A stretch of DNA of 64,000 nt from an uncultured Candidatus Saccharibacteria bacterium (GCA_964532425.1 CAZHIA010000001.1:201481-265480), one strand, 5' to 3'. Counted from the first letter of the stretch, positions 29,834-40,610 are shown. Notes: generated from the letters alone by a model not told the origin. Translations and numbers: made by a program.

Positions 29834-30595
29834 CTATTGTTCTTTAATCCCGAGCGCAGCGCTTGAATTGTTGAAATCAAGCTTGATCGCATTTTTAAAA
29901 TATCCAAGCGGGCCAAGGTTAAACGGCGGGTTGGTGGTAGATTTCTCTTGGGGCGCGTAGGCCAGGTACGCAGTGGCCTGGGTGCTGGGTATCCAAAAAC
30001 TTAAGTCAACAATCCTGTCCTCCCTGTACCCTATAGTGTAGCTCGTGAAGTCAATGTCCTGTTGGGCAAACTGCATAGAAGCGGGATCCGGCAAATATAC
30101 CAGTTTGAACAGATCCCCCTGAATGATTGCGTCGCTATTATTAATAACATGCAACCGGATTCCAATAAGCGAATACGAAATGTTGGGGTCAAAGACAGAC
30201 GAGTTGGAGCAGTTCGCTCCGAGCTTAACGAGCCGGGCAACTTCTTTTGGCTGGTTGGCGCTGCAGCTTCCAGCTTTGAGGCCGTCGATCCGGGTTATCG
30301 AAAGGAGTGTAAACGTGGCTTTGGGGTATTGGGTAATATGGAAGGGGATGGCGGCATCCGGGATCTGAGTCACGGTGTAGGGACGGGTTTGCGTGTCCCC
30401 GGCAGTTTGCGCGGCTGTTTGGTGGGTGGCTATCTCCGGGTTGGCGGGTTGGGGTTCGTTCAGGATGTAACGGACCAAAACACCCGTGCCAAGCAGCACA
30501 GCCAAAAGAATCGCTCCCAGCATAGCGGGATGCAAGGCGTGTGTGGACTTGTCTGGTGCTGGAACCGGAAGGCCCGGCGCGTTTTCAGTTCCCAT
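29834..30595 (-). CDS. Membrane-anchored extracytoplasmic beta-rich protein
   Basis: Single N-terminal TM helix followed by a beta-strand-rich domain. Confidence 0.7.
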   Translation of the reverse strand: MGTENAPGLPVPAPDKSTHALHPAMLGAILLAVLLGTGVLVRYILNEPQPANPEIATHQTAAQTAGDTQTRPYTVTQIPDAAIPFHITQYPKATFTLLSITRIDGLKAGSCSANQPKEVARLVKLGANCSNSSVFDPNISYSLIGIRLHVINNSDAIIQGDLFKLVYLPDPASMQFAQQDIDFTSYTIGYREDRIVDLSFWIPSTQATAYLAYAPQEKSTTNPPFNLGPLGYFKNAIKLDFNNSSAALGIKEQ

Positions 30596-30723
30596 TTTGT
30601 TTCGAAAGATTGCTTTCTGTCATTATACACAAAAAATCCTTTATATAAAAGCGGTTACCACAAGTCTATAGATTTAAAAAACCCTCCTGAATTTCAGGAG
30701 GGGAAGTCGTCTTGCTCGCGGGC

Positions 30724-31209
30724 TTACCGGCAGCAGATGGCTGCCTGCAGGTCTTCGTCATAGCGGCGATACTTGCAGGCCACGGCTGACTGGCACATGA
30801 GCACGTTCAGCTCGGGCGCGGACCGCTGCATCTGGCATTCCTGCTTGGTCGCTTTGATGCGGCTGACGTGGTCCCGGAGGCGCTCAGCTTCCTTGTCCAT
30901 GTCGATCTCAGGAAAAAGTTCCTGGATCGTCGGTTTCAGGTCAGCTAGGTCCTCGGCCAGGAATGGTACGGTTTCGGCTTCCGCCCATCCGTCTTCGTTG
31001 CGGGCCAGGAGCGTCGTTTCATACGACTCAGGATCGTACTGGACCCGCAGGGAGAAAACTGCCGGGTGGTACACGGCGCCAACCGTCCTGCCTTCGAGAC
31101 TTTTGACAAAGCGTTCGCGATGCAGGTGGATCTTTGCCGGATCGCTCTGGTGCGTGCGACTGCGTTCCTTGCGTTTCCACTTATGCCGCGTGTTTCTTGA
31201 GCGTGACAT
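30724..31209 (-). CDS. Hypothetical protein with a basic N-terminus and C-terminal Cys cluster
   Basis: AGGAGG RBS before MSRSRN; own TTGACA promoter at ~31262. Confidence 0.65.
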   Translation of the reverse strand: MSRSRNTRHKWKRKERSRTHQSDPAKIHLHRERFVKSLEGRTVGAVYHPAVFSLRVQYDPESYETTLLARNEDGWAEAETVPFLAEDLADLKPTIQELFPEIDMDKEAERLRDHVSRIKATKQECQMQRSAPELNVLMCQSAVACKYRRYDEDLQAAICCR

Positions 31210-31497
31210 CGGGTTCCTCCTGAAATACTTGTTATTATACATTATTTTATCTTGTTTGTCAAGATTTACACCCGTGAGCCCAGAAACACGAATTGCTTAG
31301 GAAATATGGTGGTTTCTGTAACGTGCCGATTTATCGGCCACTGTAAGCCCCCTCAGCCCATCAATGGGCACGCTACAAAACCGATGAAACCCCTAACATT
31401 TTTGAGTTCTTTGATTCAGGTTTGCATAGCCGCTGGGAAAAGTTCCTTGTCATGAGCATCAAACTGCCTCGTCGCACAGACTAATTAATTTTTCTAT

Positions 31498-32664
31498 ATG
31501 CGAGCACTGGTATTTCATGGTTCAAAGAATGTGAGCGTCGAGCGGGTGCCGGATCCCACAATCCTGCAGCCCGCCGACGCTATCTTGAAAGTAACGCTAT
31601 GCGCCATCTGCGGCAGTGATCTTCATTTATACGACGGGTATGTCCCGACCGTGGAGGATGGCGACATATTAGGCCATGAGTTCATGGGCGAGATCGTCGA
31701 AGTCGGCAGCAAGGTCAAAAAGGTTAAGGTGGGCGATCGTGTCGTAGTGCCGTTCAATATCGGCTGCGGCCAGTGTTGGTTCTGTCAGAATGGACTGTGG
31801 TCGCTGTGCGATAACAGTAATCCCAACAAGGAGCTGGCTGCCAAGGTATTCGGTTATTCGCCCTCAGGGCTGTTCGGTTACTCTCATATTTTTGGAGGCA
31901 TTCCCGGTGGGCAGGCCGAGTTCGTGCGCGTGCCGTATGCGGACGTGGGGACCTTCAAGATGCCGGAGCGATTAAGTGATGAACAGGTGTTGTTCTTGGG
32001 TGATATTTTTTCTACCGGATACATGGCGGCCGAGAATGCGAACATTCAGAAAGGGGATACAGTGGCTGTGTGGGGCGCCGGGCCGGTCGGTCAGTTTACC
32101 GTTAAGGCTGCCTTAATGATGGGCGCGGGCAAGGTGATTGCGATCGATCGATTCGCGGAACGCTTGGAGCTGGCCAGGGCTTCCGGGGCTGAGGTTATTA
32201 ATTACGAGATTGACAATGACGTGGTGGGACAGCTGAAAGAAAAGACGGGCGGGCGTGGCCCGGATTCCGTGGTGGATGCGGTCGGCATGGAAGCGCATGG
32301 TATTGTGACCGGCCTGTATGACAAAATCAAGCAATCGGTTATGCTTGAGAGCGACCGGCCGACCGCGCTGCGCGAGGCCATCCAAGGCTGCCGTAAAGGA
32401 GGTACGGTTTCCATTCCCGGAGTCTACGCGGGACTGGTGGACAAAATCCCCATGGGAGCTGCCTTTAACAAAGGATTAACGTTCAAGATGGGACAGACGC
32501 ACACTCACCGGTACGTCGAGCCACTGCTTCAGATGATCGTTGAAGGCAAGATTGATCCCACATTCGTTATTACCCACCGGCTAAACTTGGACGAGGCGCC
32601 GGCCGGGTATAAGATGTTCCGTGACAAGGAAGACGGCTGCATCAAGGTGGTGCTGAGGCCTTAG
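31498..32664 (+). CDS. Zn-dependent alcohol/formaldehyde dehydrogenase (YbdR-like MDR)
   Basis: [20 protein letters not shown]...[16 protein letters not shown]. Confidence 0.92.
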   Translation: MRALVFHGSKNVSVERVPDPTILQPADAILKVTLCAICGSDLHLYDGYVPTVEDGDILGHEFMGEIVEVGSKVKKVKVGDRVVVPFNIGCGQCWFCQNGLWSLCDNSNPNKELAAKVFGYSPSGLFGYSHIFGGIPGGQAEFVRVPYADVGTFKMPERLSDEQVLFLGDIFSTGYMAAENANIQKGDTVAVWGAGPVGQFTVKAALMMGAGKVIAIDRFAERLELARASGAEVINYEIDNDVVGQLKEKTGGRGPDSVVDAVGMEAHGIVTGLYDKIKQSVMLESDRPTALREAIQGCRKGGTVSIPGVYAGLVDKIPMGAAFNKGLTFKMGQTHTHRYVEPLLQMIVEGKIDPTFVITHRLNLDEAPAGYKMFRDKEDGCIKVVLRP

Positions 32665-32779
32665 TTTTGGCCTGATCGCGATGTATGGACGTTAGGATAT
32701 AAAAACGCCACGATACCGCATAGTTCGTGGCGGTGATGCCAGGTGAGGCGAGAATATCGCCGGACTTGGGAATGAGTCT

Positions 32780-33163
32780 CTAGTCGCAGCGTGAGATAGA
32801 AAGAAAGTCGCAGGGCTTATAATCCGAGTCCTCAGTTGTTTTGTATACGGGGGTATCTTCAGACACGATTTTGAATTGTTTTTCCTGGTTGCGGATGTCC
32901 TTGAGTGTCGAAAAGTTTTTATGGGTGGCGCGAAAATAGATATGTTGGCATCCTTTTCCAGGTGAATGGAAGATCCCTACAATTCCCTGTGATGGTCCTT
33001 TATACGTTGAGCAGAGGACCCATGTTCCGTGGTATCCCAGAGCTTCCCCTCTGGCGGCGGCAATGCGGTTAGCCTTGTCCTGGGCATCCCTCTGGCCACT
33101 ATTCATAATGAATAAGATGAAGGCCAGAAGCATGCCAATTACGACCATCGTTGAAAAATCCAT
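32780..33163 (-). CDS. Hypothetical membrane-anchored protein
   Basis: N-terminal TM helix; GAGGAGG RBS. Confidence 0.65.
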   Translation of the reverse strand: MDFSTMVVIGMLLAFILFIMNSGQRDAQDKANRIAAARGEALGYHGTWVLCSTYKGPSQGIVGIFHSPGKGCQHIYFRATHKNFSTLKDIRNQEKQFKIVSEDTPVYKTTEDSDYKPCDFLSISRCD

Positions 33164-33307
33164 ACCTCCTCCTCAGGAGAATTGTATTCCTAAAAACAGA
33201 AAACGAAAAGAGTAGTCACAATGTCCGATTCTTCCTGTCTGGCATTGAAAATTTTAAAAGAAAGACCGCAGTGGAAATTTCCGCCGCGGTTGTTCGTTAT
33301 ACGCAGG

Positions 33308-33733
33308 TCACTTCTTCTTGTTTTTCTTCTTCCCGCTTTTCGATCGCTCGTTCTTCGACGGCGGGAAGACCAGGCAGGTATATTGGCCGGCCTTGAAGTA
33401 AATGCAGTCCTCAGAAATGGCCTCGGCGATCTTGGCTAGCTTTTTAAGAAGCAGGGGAATCTTTTCCTTGCCGAGGAAAGAGACTTCGTACTGGCGGCAC
33501 TCGTCGTACACCACCTGCTTGCCGTCGCTGCGCCAGAATCCGGCGGTCGGCAGGGTGGAGGTGTTGAACGCGCCAAAATGCCTGACCAGGAATTCGTGCA
33601 AGTCGTTTTCGATGGTGGATCCCTTGGCTTTGGTTCTCAACTTGTGTGAAGGGAGCAGGAAGTTGGCCGGACGGCCGAGATCGACCAGACGGTAGGAGCG
33701 TTCGTCTACCAGTTTGGCCCATTTGCTGCGCAT
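33308..33733 (-). CDS. Hypothetical small alpha/beta protein
   Basis: 141 aa; GAGGAGG RBS; TTGACA promoter at ~33793. Confidence 0.7.
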   Translation of the reverse strand: MRSKWAKLVDERSYRLVDLGRPANFLLPSHKLRTKAKGSTIENDLHEFLVRHFGAFNTSTLPTAGFWRSDGKQVVYDECRQYEVSFLGKEKIPLLLKKLAKIAEAISEDCIYFKAGQYTCLVFPPSKNERSKSGKKKNKKK

Positions 33734-33883
33734 GGTGTATTCCTCCTCATGTAGGGTGTTTGCTTACTATACCTCAGTAATTTTGGCTTGTCAAAGCGCA
33801 AAACCAGACAATGCGCACTGTAAGGTACATTCTACCCGCGCGTCCGTATATTCATCTTATTTCCTAAAACAATCCGCACATTT

Positions 33884-34573
33884 ATGGCTACTACGCTGCA
33901 GTCCACAACCAATTCAGTGACGGCTTCGTTCCAGAATTTTTATCAAATTCTGATAAATTTTCTGCCGTCACTCATCGCTGCCATTGTCATCTTTATTATC
34001 GGCTGGATCATTGCCTCGGCCCTGGGATCTGCCGTAACGAGCATAGTCCGCACTATTCATGTTGACCGGCTTGCTGAGCGGTTTGGCCTGACGCAAATGG
34101 GCCAGCGCATTGGCAGGCCTATTTCTATTTCAGGCGTCTTGGGATGGCTGGTGAAGTGGTTTATTTTGGTCATCACCTTCGTAGCCGCGGCTAATGCCTT
34201 GAACTTGCAGCAGGTCAGTAACTTCCTGTATACGCAGGCTATTCCGTACTTCGGCAATGTCGTGCTGGCGGCTATTATTCTGATCATTGGCATCCTCGCT
34301 GCAAATTTCCTGTACGAGATCGTGCGCGACGCGCTCAAAGCCAGCCGCTTTTCCGCAGCAGATACCGTGGCCAGCATTAGCCGTTGGGCCATCCTTATTT
34401 TTTCCGGCATCGCGGCGCTGTCACAGCTGAAGATTGCCACCTTCTTTATGCAATACCTGTTTGTGGCCATTGTCTTCATGATCGCCCTAGCCGGAGGCCT
34501 GGCCTTCGGTCTCGGCGGCCGCGACCAAGCCCGTGACTTGCTCGGCAGCATGCGCAAGCCAAAACAGCCATAA
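33884..34573 (+). CDS. CmpX/MscS-related TM-helix protein
   Basis: FLPSLIAAIVIFIIGW; YFGNVVLAAIIL; GGLAFGLGGRD. Confidence 0.85.
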   Translation: MATTLQSTTNSVTASFQNFYQILINFLPSLIAAIVIFIIGWIIASALGSAVTSIVRTIHVDRLAERFGLTQMGQRIGRPISISGVLGWLVKWFILVITFVAAANALNLQQVSNFLYTQAIPYFGNVVLAAIILIIGILAANFLYEIVRDALKASRFSAADTVASISRWAILIFSGIAALSQLKIATFFMQYLFVAIVFMIALAGGLAFGLGGRDQARDLLGSMRKPKQP

Positions 34574-34614
34574 ATAAAAGCGCCGAATAAGTCGGCGCAT
34601 GCGGCTGGTGGCGG

Positions 34615-34917
34615 TCATCGGTATAGCAGAGGTGTAATGAAGGGTATTTTGACTTCCGGGATCCAGATGTTGAACACGCAGAGAGCGATGAAAGTCGAGA
34701 CACAAAAGACTCCGAACGCTTTACTGAATTCCCAGAGCGTTGTTTCTTCTTCTGCCGGCCGGTGCACAAAACAGCTCTTGAACTCTCCCCAGAGCCAGAC
34801 AGGGAAATAGACAATCATGCCGAAACTGACTATGCCTGCCACGAATCCTATGGCGGTGATGATCAGTATGATTAACATGCCGAGCATTCCCAGTAGCAAA
34901 GAGATTAATCCACCCAT
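34615..34917 (-). CDS. Hypothetical membrane protein
   Basis: Hydrophobic 100 aa; AGGAGGAG RBS. Confidence 0.6.
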   Translation of the reverse strand: MGGLISLLLGMLGMLIILIITAIGFVAGIVSFGMIVYFPVWLWGEFKSCFVHRPAEEETTLWEFSKAFGVFCVSTFIALCVFNIWIPEVKIPFITPLLYR

Positions 34918-35183
34918 AGTTCTCCTCCTGCTTGAGACATCTCCAGTATAGCACTGGCGAGACCGGAGTAAAGACCTTGCTGTAAGACGGCTGGTGGGGC
35001 GCAGTGTGTTAATAAAAAAAGCGACGGCGTGCCGTCGCGATTGTGAAGTGATGCTGTTGTCTAAGTGGTCATCTCACGTAGACCGCGTACCACGGAAGGC
35101 CGTCACCGGCATTAGTTGATTCGTTTCTAAATATTAAATCCGCCTGAACCTCTCGGGTCAGGCGGATGTTGGTGTGAGTTCGA

Positions 35184-35396
35184 TCACTTCTTTTCGCTGA
35201 TTTCCCAAACGTAATCCTCCTGGTTCCAACGGGCTTCGGACCGGTCAGGGAATCGGAGGGTGGTTGCATCCATCTTGATGCCCCGGTATTTTTTGACGAG
35301 CACATTGAACGATTCCTGGTCGCGACCTTCGCCTTGCTGGAAATCCAGGGCAAAGTTTATGGCATCAGAGAGCGGCGGAACGGTGTCTTGTGGCAT
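35184..35396 (-). CDS. Hypothetical protein
   Basis: 70 aa; GGAG RBS; downstream of 35419-35757. Confidence 0.55.
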   Translation of the reverse strand: MPQDTVPPLSDAINFALDFQQGEGRDQESFNVLVKKYRGIKMDATTLRFPDRSEARWNQEDYVWEISEKK

Positions 35397-35418
35397 GGCA
35401 TTTGCTCCGGGTATTAGT

Positions 35419-35757
35419 TCAGGCTTGCACAGTTTCCTGTGCGGGCGCTGCTGATGTCATGCGGGCCGGGTTGATCTGGAGCAGGATGCTCGGATGGGCA
35501 ATGCGCCCATTGGAGAGCAGACACCGCGTCCGGTTGAGCCGGTAGAGAGGGGTGCCCGTAGTTGGGCGGATGAAGCCCAATATCTCGAGACGGTACACTG
35601 TCCTGGTCTTTTTGTAGTCTACCGTACTGCCGATGCGGAAATCTCCGCCAAAGCCGTCTGGAACGAAACTCGAGGGTTCCGTATCCAGTCTTTCGTCCGG
35701 TCTCAGCCGCGAAAGCGTTTTTTCGATAATCTGTTCCGATGTGAAATTCAAACTCAT
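35419..35757 (-). CDS. Hypothetical protein
   Basis: 112 aa; AGGAGG RBS. Confidence 0.6.
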   Translation of the reverse strand: MSLNFTSEQIIEKTLSRLRPDERLDTEPSSFVPDGFGGDFRIGSTVDYKKTRTVYRLEILGFIRPTTGTPLYRLNRTRCLLSNGRIAHPSILLQINPARMTSAAPAQETVQA

Positions 35758-35856
35758 AATTAATTCCTCCTGAACTTTTACTCACTGGTGAGAGACCAGA
35801 AAGTAATCTGGCTATTATACAATCTATAACTAATTATAGCAAGGGGTATTGAAAAT

Positions 35857-35881
35857 CCCCTCCATGGGGACCATGGAGGGG
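35857..35881. repeat. 25-bp hairpin CCCCTCCATGGGGACCATGGAGGGG (copy 1 of 2)
   Basis: Identical copy at 37808-37832. Confidence 0.8.
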
Positions 35882-35952
35882 AAATGAAAACGGCGGCACG
35901 CGCAATGGTGCCGCCGTTTGTTTTGACTTAGTGAATTGTGGTCGCTCGGGGG

Positions 35953-37116
35953 TTAGTCAGGAGAGCCGGCCGAAAGACCGAACTCTTCCAGATGACCGGG
36001 ACGATAGTTGAGCCGGAAGTATCGTTCCTCTTCCCGTTGTGGGGTTTCGCTGATGTAGTCAGGTAATCGCGAGACGATGAACTGCAACACCGGGAAGGTG
36101 CACAACTCGTCATTTACGGTCAGGCCGTTTTCCGCGCAGAATTTCCGCGCGACATCCCTGGCCGCGTCGCCGTAGTCATAGAGTAGCTGTGACCCGAAGC
36201 CTGAGGCAGGCAAGGTATAGTTGTGCCTGCGGTGAGCTTCATCAAGATACATTTCCAGAACAAAGGTGTGCTGGTAGAGGTGGTTGTCGCCGCGGATTTC
36301 CAGCGGACCGTAGCACAGGTGTACGCTGGACTTCCTGCCTTGCACGTTGAGGGGAACTTCGGTGCGGTGCGTTACGGATCGCATCCGGAACCCTTCGCGA
36401 TAGACCCCAACACCTCGCAGCTTCTTCGTCGATGCAATCTCGGTGGCGTTGTCTGCCACTACGATCTTGTCGCCGCCGTTAACCGGTACGTTCGCTTCGG
36501 CTCCGCCTACGGCAATCATCTTACCATTGACGAAACATGACGAGCCCGCCGGGATCTGAAGCTTGAACACTGCCAGTACGTCCGCAACCGAAGGGTTACT
36601 GAGCTGCGCGAACGGAATTTTGTGCTTCCGCCCGGAGGGGTTTTCGGTCACCGTGACCGAATACTTGCCCTTCGTCCCGAATTGGCGCTGGAGCTTGTTG
36701 TACGCTTTGCGATACGGCTCCTCGTAGATTGGATTGTAAGCGTACGCTGTGCGGGTGTCCCGAGGTTGTCCATGAATATATTGGGCACGGCTCGGAGAGC
36801 CAGAGCACACCATCTTGCCGTTCTTATAGACGGGTAGCAGGTGCCGCGCCATCGCAAAGATGGCTGACAGATCGTGTAAGAGGATCATGTCAAACACCGC
36901 AGCGTCATTGTGTGGCGGGCAGGGAAGTCCGCAGCGATCGCAGCACAGGCTATTGCTGGCTGCGCCGCCCCGCGCCATCCGGAGCGCCCTAATCGGGTTC
37001 CGTTCTCCCTGGTAGGAGACGGATGGCTTGCGGCCGCGCGACCTTTGATAGGCGGCGTGCATGATCACGTACTTTTGGCTACCCTGGGGGTAGCAATTCA
37101 CATCACTCTTTTTCAT
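35953..37116 (-). CDS. Multidomain hypothetical protein with a CxxC motif and an internal ThiS/MoaD-like segment
   Basis: CDRCG; SVADVLAVFKL...CFVNGKMI...VNGGDKIVV; AGGAGG RBS. Confidence 0.65.
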   Translation of the reverse strand: MKKSDVNCYPQGSQKYVIMHAAYQRSRGRKPSVSYQGERNPIRALRMARGGAASNSLCCDRCGLPCPPHNDAAVFDMILLHDLSAIFAMARHLLPVYKNGKMVCSGSPSRAQYIHGQPRDTRTAYAYNPIYEEPYRKAYNKLQRQFGTKGKYSVTVTENPSGRKHKIPFAQLSNPSVADVLAVFKLQIPAGSSCFVNGKMIAVGGAEANVPVNGGDKIVVADNATEIASTKKLRGVGVYREGFRMRSVTHRTEVPLNVQGRKSSVHLCYGPLEIRGDNHLYQHTFVLEMYLDEAHRRHNYTLPASGFGSQLLYDYGDAARDVARKFCAENGLTVNDELCTFPVLQFIVSRLPDYISETPQREEERYFRLNYRPGHLEEFGLSAGSPD

Positions 37117-37342
37117 TAGGAATCCTCCTGATTTTTCGAAACATTTCTCAGCCCTTGAAAGTTGCTGAGAGGGGAATGCTCACTTAAAACAATGGGCATT
37201 TCTCTCTCAACTACTGACTCTTAATTATATAGTATTTTAGGCATTTTGTCAAGGATTTTGGCTTAATTATGAGTTATACCCCTATATTTATTGACCAAAT
37301 TCAACTCTTCTGCTATCATTCCCGGTTAACGGAGGAACTTAT

Positions 37343-37750
37343 ATGGTTAAACTGATTGCCATGCTACTGATGGTCGCGGTTGTATTCTCTGCCCTCGTCT
37401 ATGGCTGGGTGCTCATCACGTACGCGCCGGCCAAGCCATTCACGATCTTCGAAAAATGCGGGTTAGTGGTCGGTATTGTCTTTTCCGCGTACCTGTACAC
37501 CGTGTTAGCGGGGTTGGTTCGGTACGGTCCTGCACTCCGTTACAGCTTCATTTCGTTTCTGGTGGTCACGGTGCTGATTGCCTGGAACCCTGTGATCTTG
37601 CATTTAATAGGACGCGGCGCGATTAAAGAGATGCCGACCGTGATCTGGGCAGAGATGTTGCTCCGATTCTTGGTACCATTCCTGACCGCTTGCTTGCTAC
37701 TGCTGAACCGGTACTGCCAGCCGCACCAAGACCCCTTAGGCTCCCGGTGA
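37343..37750 (+). CDS. Hypothetical 4-TM membrane protein
   Basis: Hydrophobic helices; TTGACC-17-TATCAT promoter at 37291-37319; GGAGG RBS. Confidence 0.7.
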   Translation: MVKLIAMLLMVAVVFSALVYGWVLITYAPAKPFTIFEKCGLVVGIVFSAYLYTVLAGLVRYGPALRYSFISFLVVTVLIAWNPVILHLIGRGAIKEMPTVIWAEMLLRFLVPFLTACLLLLNRYCQPHQDPLGSR

Positions 37751-37840
37751 ACGGAGTTCGCCGAACTATAAAGACCTGAATCACTTCCGGGTCTTCTTTT
37801 TATTAAACCCCTCCATGGGGACCATGGAGGGGTTTTGTCG

Positions 37841-38713
37841 TTAGTGGTCGTGCTTCAATTCTTCAAGGCCGACTTCTATGGTGGCGTGGCCGATGCCGTG
37901 CTGCTCAAGCAAGGTGGACTTGATTCGGTCGACGGTCTGGACTATCTCTTGCTTGGTTTCTTCTTCAAGGAGCACATGGCAGCTTAAGGCAATTTCATGG
38001 GAAGACAGTGACCAAATATGGAGGTCGTTGACGGAGATGACGGAAGGGATGCTGCCAATGGTCAACCTGACTTTGACTGGATCCAAACCTTTGGGCACGC
38101 CTTCCAGAAGAATATGGAGTGCGTCTTTGACCACAGAGACCGCACTTACTATAAGCATGCCCCCAATAATAATGCTGATAATCGGATCGAACACTGTCTT
38201 GCCGGTGAGCATGATCAGGAAGCCGGCTATGAGCGCCCCGACCGAGGCGAGAGTGTCGAACGCCATGTTCAGGTAGGCGCTCTTCATGTTCAGGTCTTTG
38301 GTGCTGTTCCGGAACAGGTAGGCGATGCTGCCGTTGACGAAAATGCCTGCCAGAGCCACGAGCACAATGGCTTTGCCCGCAACCGGGGAGGGCTTTAAAA
38401 TTCTCAGGTACGCTTCGTAAAAAATGAACAGCGCCAGGCCGAGCAGAATGAGGGCGTTGAGTAGGCCGGTCAAAATGCCGGCCCTGCCGTGGCCATAGCT
38501 ATGTTCCGTGTCAGATTTAGTGGCAGAGATCTTATTGCCAAAAAAAGAAATGACCAGGCTCAAGGAATCGGTGAGATTGTGGGCAGCGTCCGATATCAAA
38601 GCCAAGCTGCCGGACATAAACCCGACAACAAATTCAAAAATCGTAAAACCGGTGTTAATAGCTATACCGTACTTGAGTCGTTTGGCAATGGAGCCGTTGT
38701 TTTCGTTGTTCAT
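37841..38713 (-). CDS. czcD: Cation diffusion facilitator (CzcD/ZitB-like)
   Basis: SLALISDAAHNLTD, SYGHGR, NMKSAYLNMAFD, DLHIWSLS, GIGHATIE. Confidence 0.9.
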   Translation of the reverse strand: MNNENNGSIAKRLKYGIAINTGFTIFEFVVGFMSGSLALISDAAHNLTDSLSLVISFFGNKISATKSDTEHSYGHGRAGILTGLLNALILLGLALFIFYEAYLRILKPSPVAGKAIVLVALAGIFVNGSIAYLFRNSTKDLNMKSAYLNMAFDTLASVGALIAGFLIMLTGKTVFDPIISIIIGGMLIVSAVSVVKDALHILLEGVPKGLDPVKVRLTIGSIPSVISVNDLHIWSLSSHEIALSCHVLLEEETKQEIVQTVDRIKSTLLEQHGIGHATIEVGLEELKHDH

Positions 38714-38800
38714 AAGTAAGAATAATTCTGCTTTATTATAGCAAAAAACCGCCTCAACCCGAAGGTGTGTTGGCGGTTTGTCGATTGCGCAAGTTGCGCG

Positions 38801-38992
38801 TTACACGCTGGTAGTCGATTGTGGTGCGTTCACAATTTGGTGCAAGCGGTCTGCGCATGGGTCGCAGAGAAAGACCCAGTGGCGGCCTTTCTTCCAGGTC
38901 TTATCCGTCCGGGTTTCCCATTTGGAGTCATTGTGGTATGGGCAACCGCGCAGGTCTGGCCCGGTACACTTGATGTTCTGCGGCTTAGACAT
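38801..38992 (-). CDS. Small putative Zn-binding protein
   Basis: MSKPQNIKC...GC...LCDPC; follows 38998-39564. Confidence 0.5.
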   Translation of the reverse strand: MSKPQNIKCTGPDLRGCPYHNDSKWETRTDKTWKKGRHWVFLCDPCADRLHQIVNAPQSTTSV

Positions 38993-38997
38993 GGGTT

Positions 38998-39564
38998 TCA
39001 ACCGATTCCGATGGATATCGTCGGGTCGAGTGGTCGCACGGGATGTGCTGTGTGCGTGTGTGGTGGTTCTTTGTGCTTGCGCCGAGCCTCGTCCCGGTAG
39101 CAGTAAAACTCGCTGCCGTCGCAAAGGACCGCGACATGGACCAGCTCGCGCCTGCGGGCGAGGTGCATGCAGTGGCGGTAATTCCAGTTCGTGTAAACGA
39201 ACCGGATGCCATCGTTTGGCCTGTTCCAGAACGGTGTGTCTTCCGCACCGTCGAACACGACATAGGCCGCTCCGCCCTTTTCGTTCGGTGTATAAAATTC
39301 GTGGCGGTTGACCTTTGTGCCTGTTCGGGGCCGGGGATAGGGCGGGCGCATCCAGATGCCGCCGATACCCACTATATCGTCGATCGGTCCGCGCTGGTAG
39401 ACGCCGGACAGAGCCCTGAGCTGTTTGGCTTTTTCTTGATCCAACTGGTCGACGTGGATTTCCGGAGGAACCCAGAAATATCCGAACTCGTCCCTGCGGA
39501 CCTGGTCCATTGTAATTCCCGTCAGCTCGGTAAAGAGACGCTCAAACTTTTTGCGCTTTGTCAT
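38998..39564 (-). CDS. Hypothetical protein
   Basis: 188 aa; AAGGAGG RBS; TTGACA promoter at ~39619. Confidence 0.7.
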   Translation of the reverse strand: MTKRKKFERLFTELTGITMDQVRRDEFGYFWVPPEIHVDQLDQEKAKQLRALSGVYQRGPIDDIVGIGGIWMRPPYPRPRTGTKVNRHEFYTPNEKGGAAYVVFDGAEDTPFWNRPNDGIRFVYTNWNYRHCMHLARRRELVHVAVLCDGSEFYCYRDEARRKHKEPPHTHTAHPVRPLDPTISIGIG

Positions 39565-39759
39565 AAGCCTCCTTGTAAAATGACTTACATTTATAGCAGA
39601 TTTTATCTTGTTTTGTCAATAGTAAAATAAAACCGCACATCCATGTTTGCACAAAGGTGGCCTTTGCGCATGGTATGCTTATTTTCCAAGTCCGTCTTTG
39701 TTCAATAAAAAGAGCGGCACTCCGGACCGAAGTCCGGCAATGCCGCCCAGGTGGCGAAC

Positions 39760-40218
39760 TTACGTGAAGTACTCTTCGAGGCGCTGGTTCAGTTCGGGTG
39801 TGACAGCGAACGTTCTGGTTGCCCCCATGCTGACATTCATTGAGGCACCGATCATTCGAACGAGGTCTTGCATTCTGGGGTTTCCGTTACTGTTTCTTGT
39901 CTGCGGGTGGTAGTAAAAGTCGACAGCAAACAGTGCGACAGTTTCGAAGAAGAATCCATAGAGGTCATCAGGGATCGGAACTTCGGTCCCGTCAGCTTTA
40001 AAAAGCTGGATGGGGAACACGCGGCGGACGGCTTCCGGGCTGGCCAGTTCGGATTCTGAGGCGTTGTTTAGTTCCGGGATGGGGATAGTGAAGCGGATGG
40101 TGTACCGCAGTTCTTTCCCGTTCCGTTTCAGGTACCCTTTGTATTCGCAGCCGTTGACTACCTGCTGGACATACAACTCAAATGAAAAGGGGATGCTCGG
40201 CGCTTGCACTTGTTCCAT
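39760..40218 (-). CDS. Hypothetical protein
   Basis: 152 aa; AGGAGGG RBS. Confidence 0.7.
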   Translation of the reverse strand: MEQVQAPSIPFSFELYVQQVVNGCEYKGYLKRNGKELRYTIRFTIPIPELNNASESELASPEAVRRVFPIQLFKADGTEVPIPDDLYGFFFETVALFAVDFYYHPQTRNSNGNPRMQDLVRMIGASMNVSMGATRTFAVTPELNQRLEEYFT

Positions 40219-40301
40219 TGTTATACCCTCCTATGGGTGTAGATTGGCGGGTCCAAGAATTTTTCCTGATGGTGCGGTATACCGCGGTGACAGTCAAGCT
40301 G

Positions 40302-40610
40302 TTAGAGCACGGTGTAGCCGACGATCAGGGAGATGTGGGTGAAAAACGAGCTGTTTAACTTTTCCTTTGTAGACAGCTCGATGAGGCCGCTGTCAGTGAC
40401 AGAAAAGAGTGTTCCGGCAACTTCTTGGCCGGTAGCCATCATGAGCTTTATGGGCAGCTTGTGTTCTTCTCGCTCGCGTGCGAGCATCTGAAAATAGTTG
40501 ATGGTGACTTTTCTCCATGCATCGCTCTTGGTCAGGGCGCTGTTCGGCAGGTGGTCTAAAACCCATACTACGAATCCTCCGAAAAGAGCACATAAAACTG
40601 CTAATAGCAT
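40302..40610 (-). CDS. Membrane-anchored protein with an Sm/Hfq-like C-terminal domain
   Basis: TM helix, then PIKLMMATGQEVAGTLFSVTDSGLIEL...HISLIVGY. Confidence 0.55.
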   Translation of the reverse strand: MLLAVLCALFGGFVVWVLDHLPNSALTKSDAWRKVTINYFQMLAREREEHKLPIKLMMATGQEVAGTLFSVTDSGLIELSTKEKLNSSFFTHISLIVGYTVL

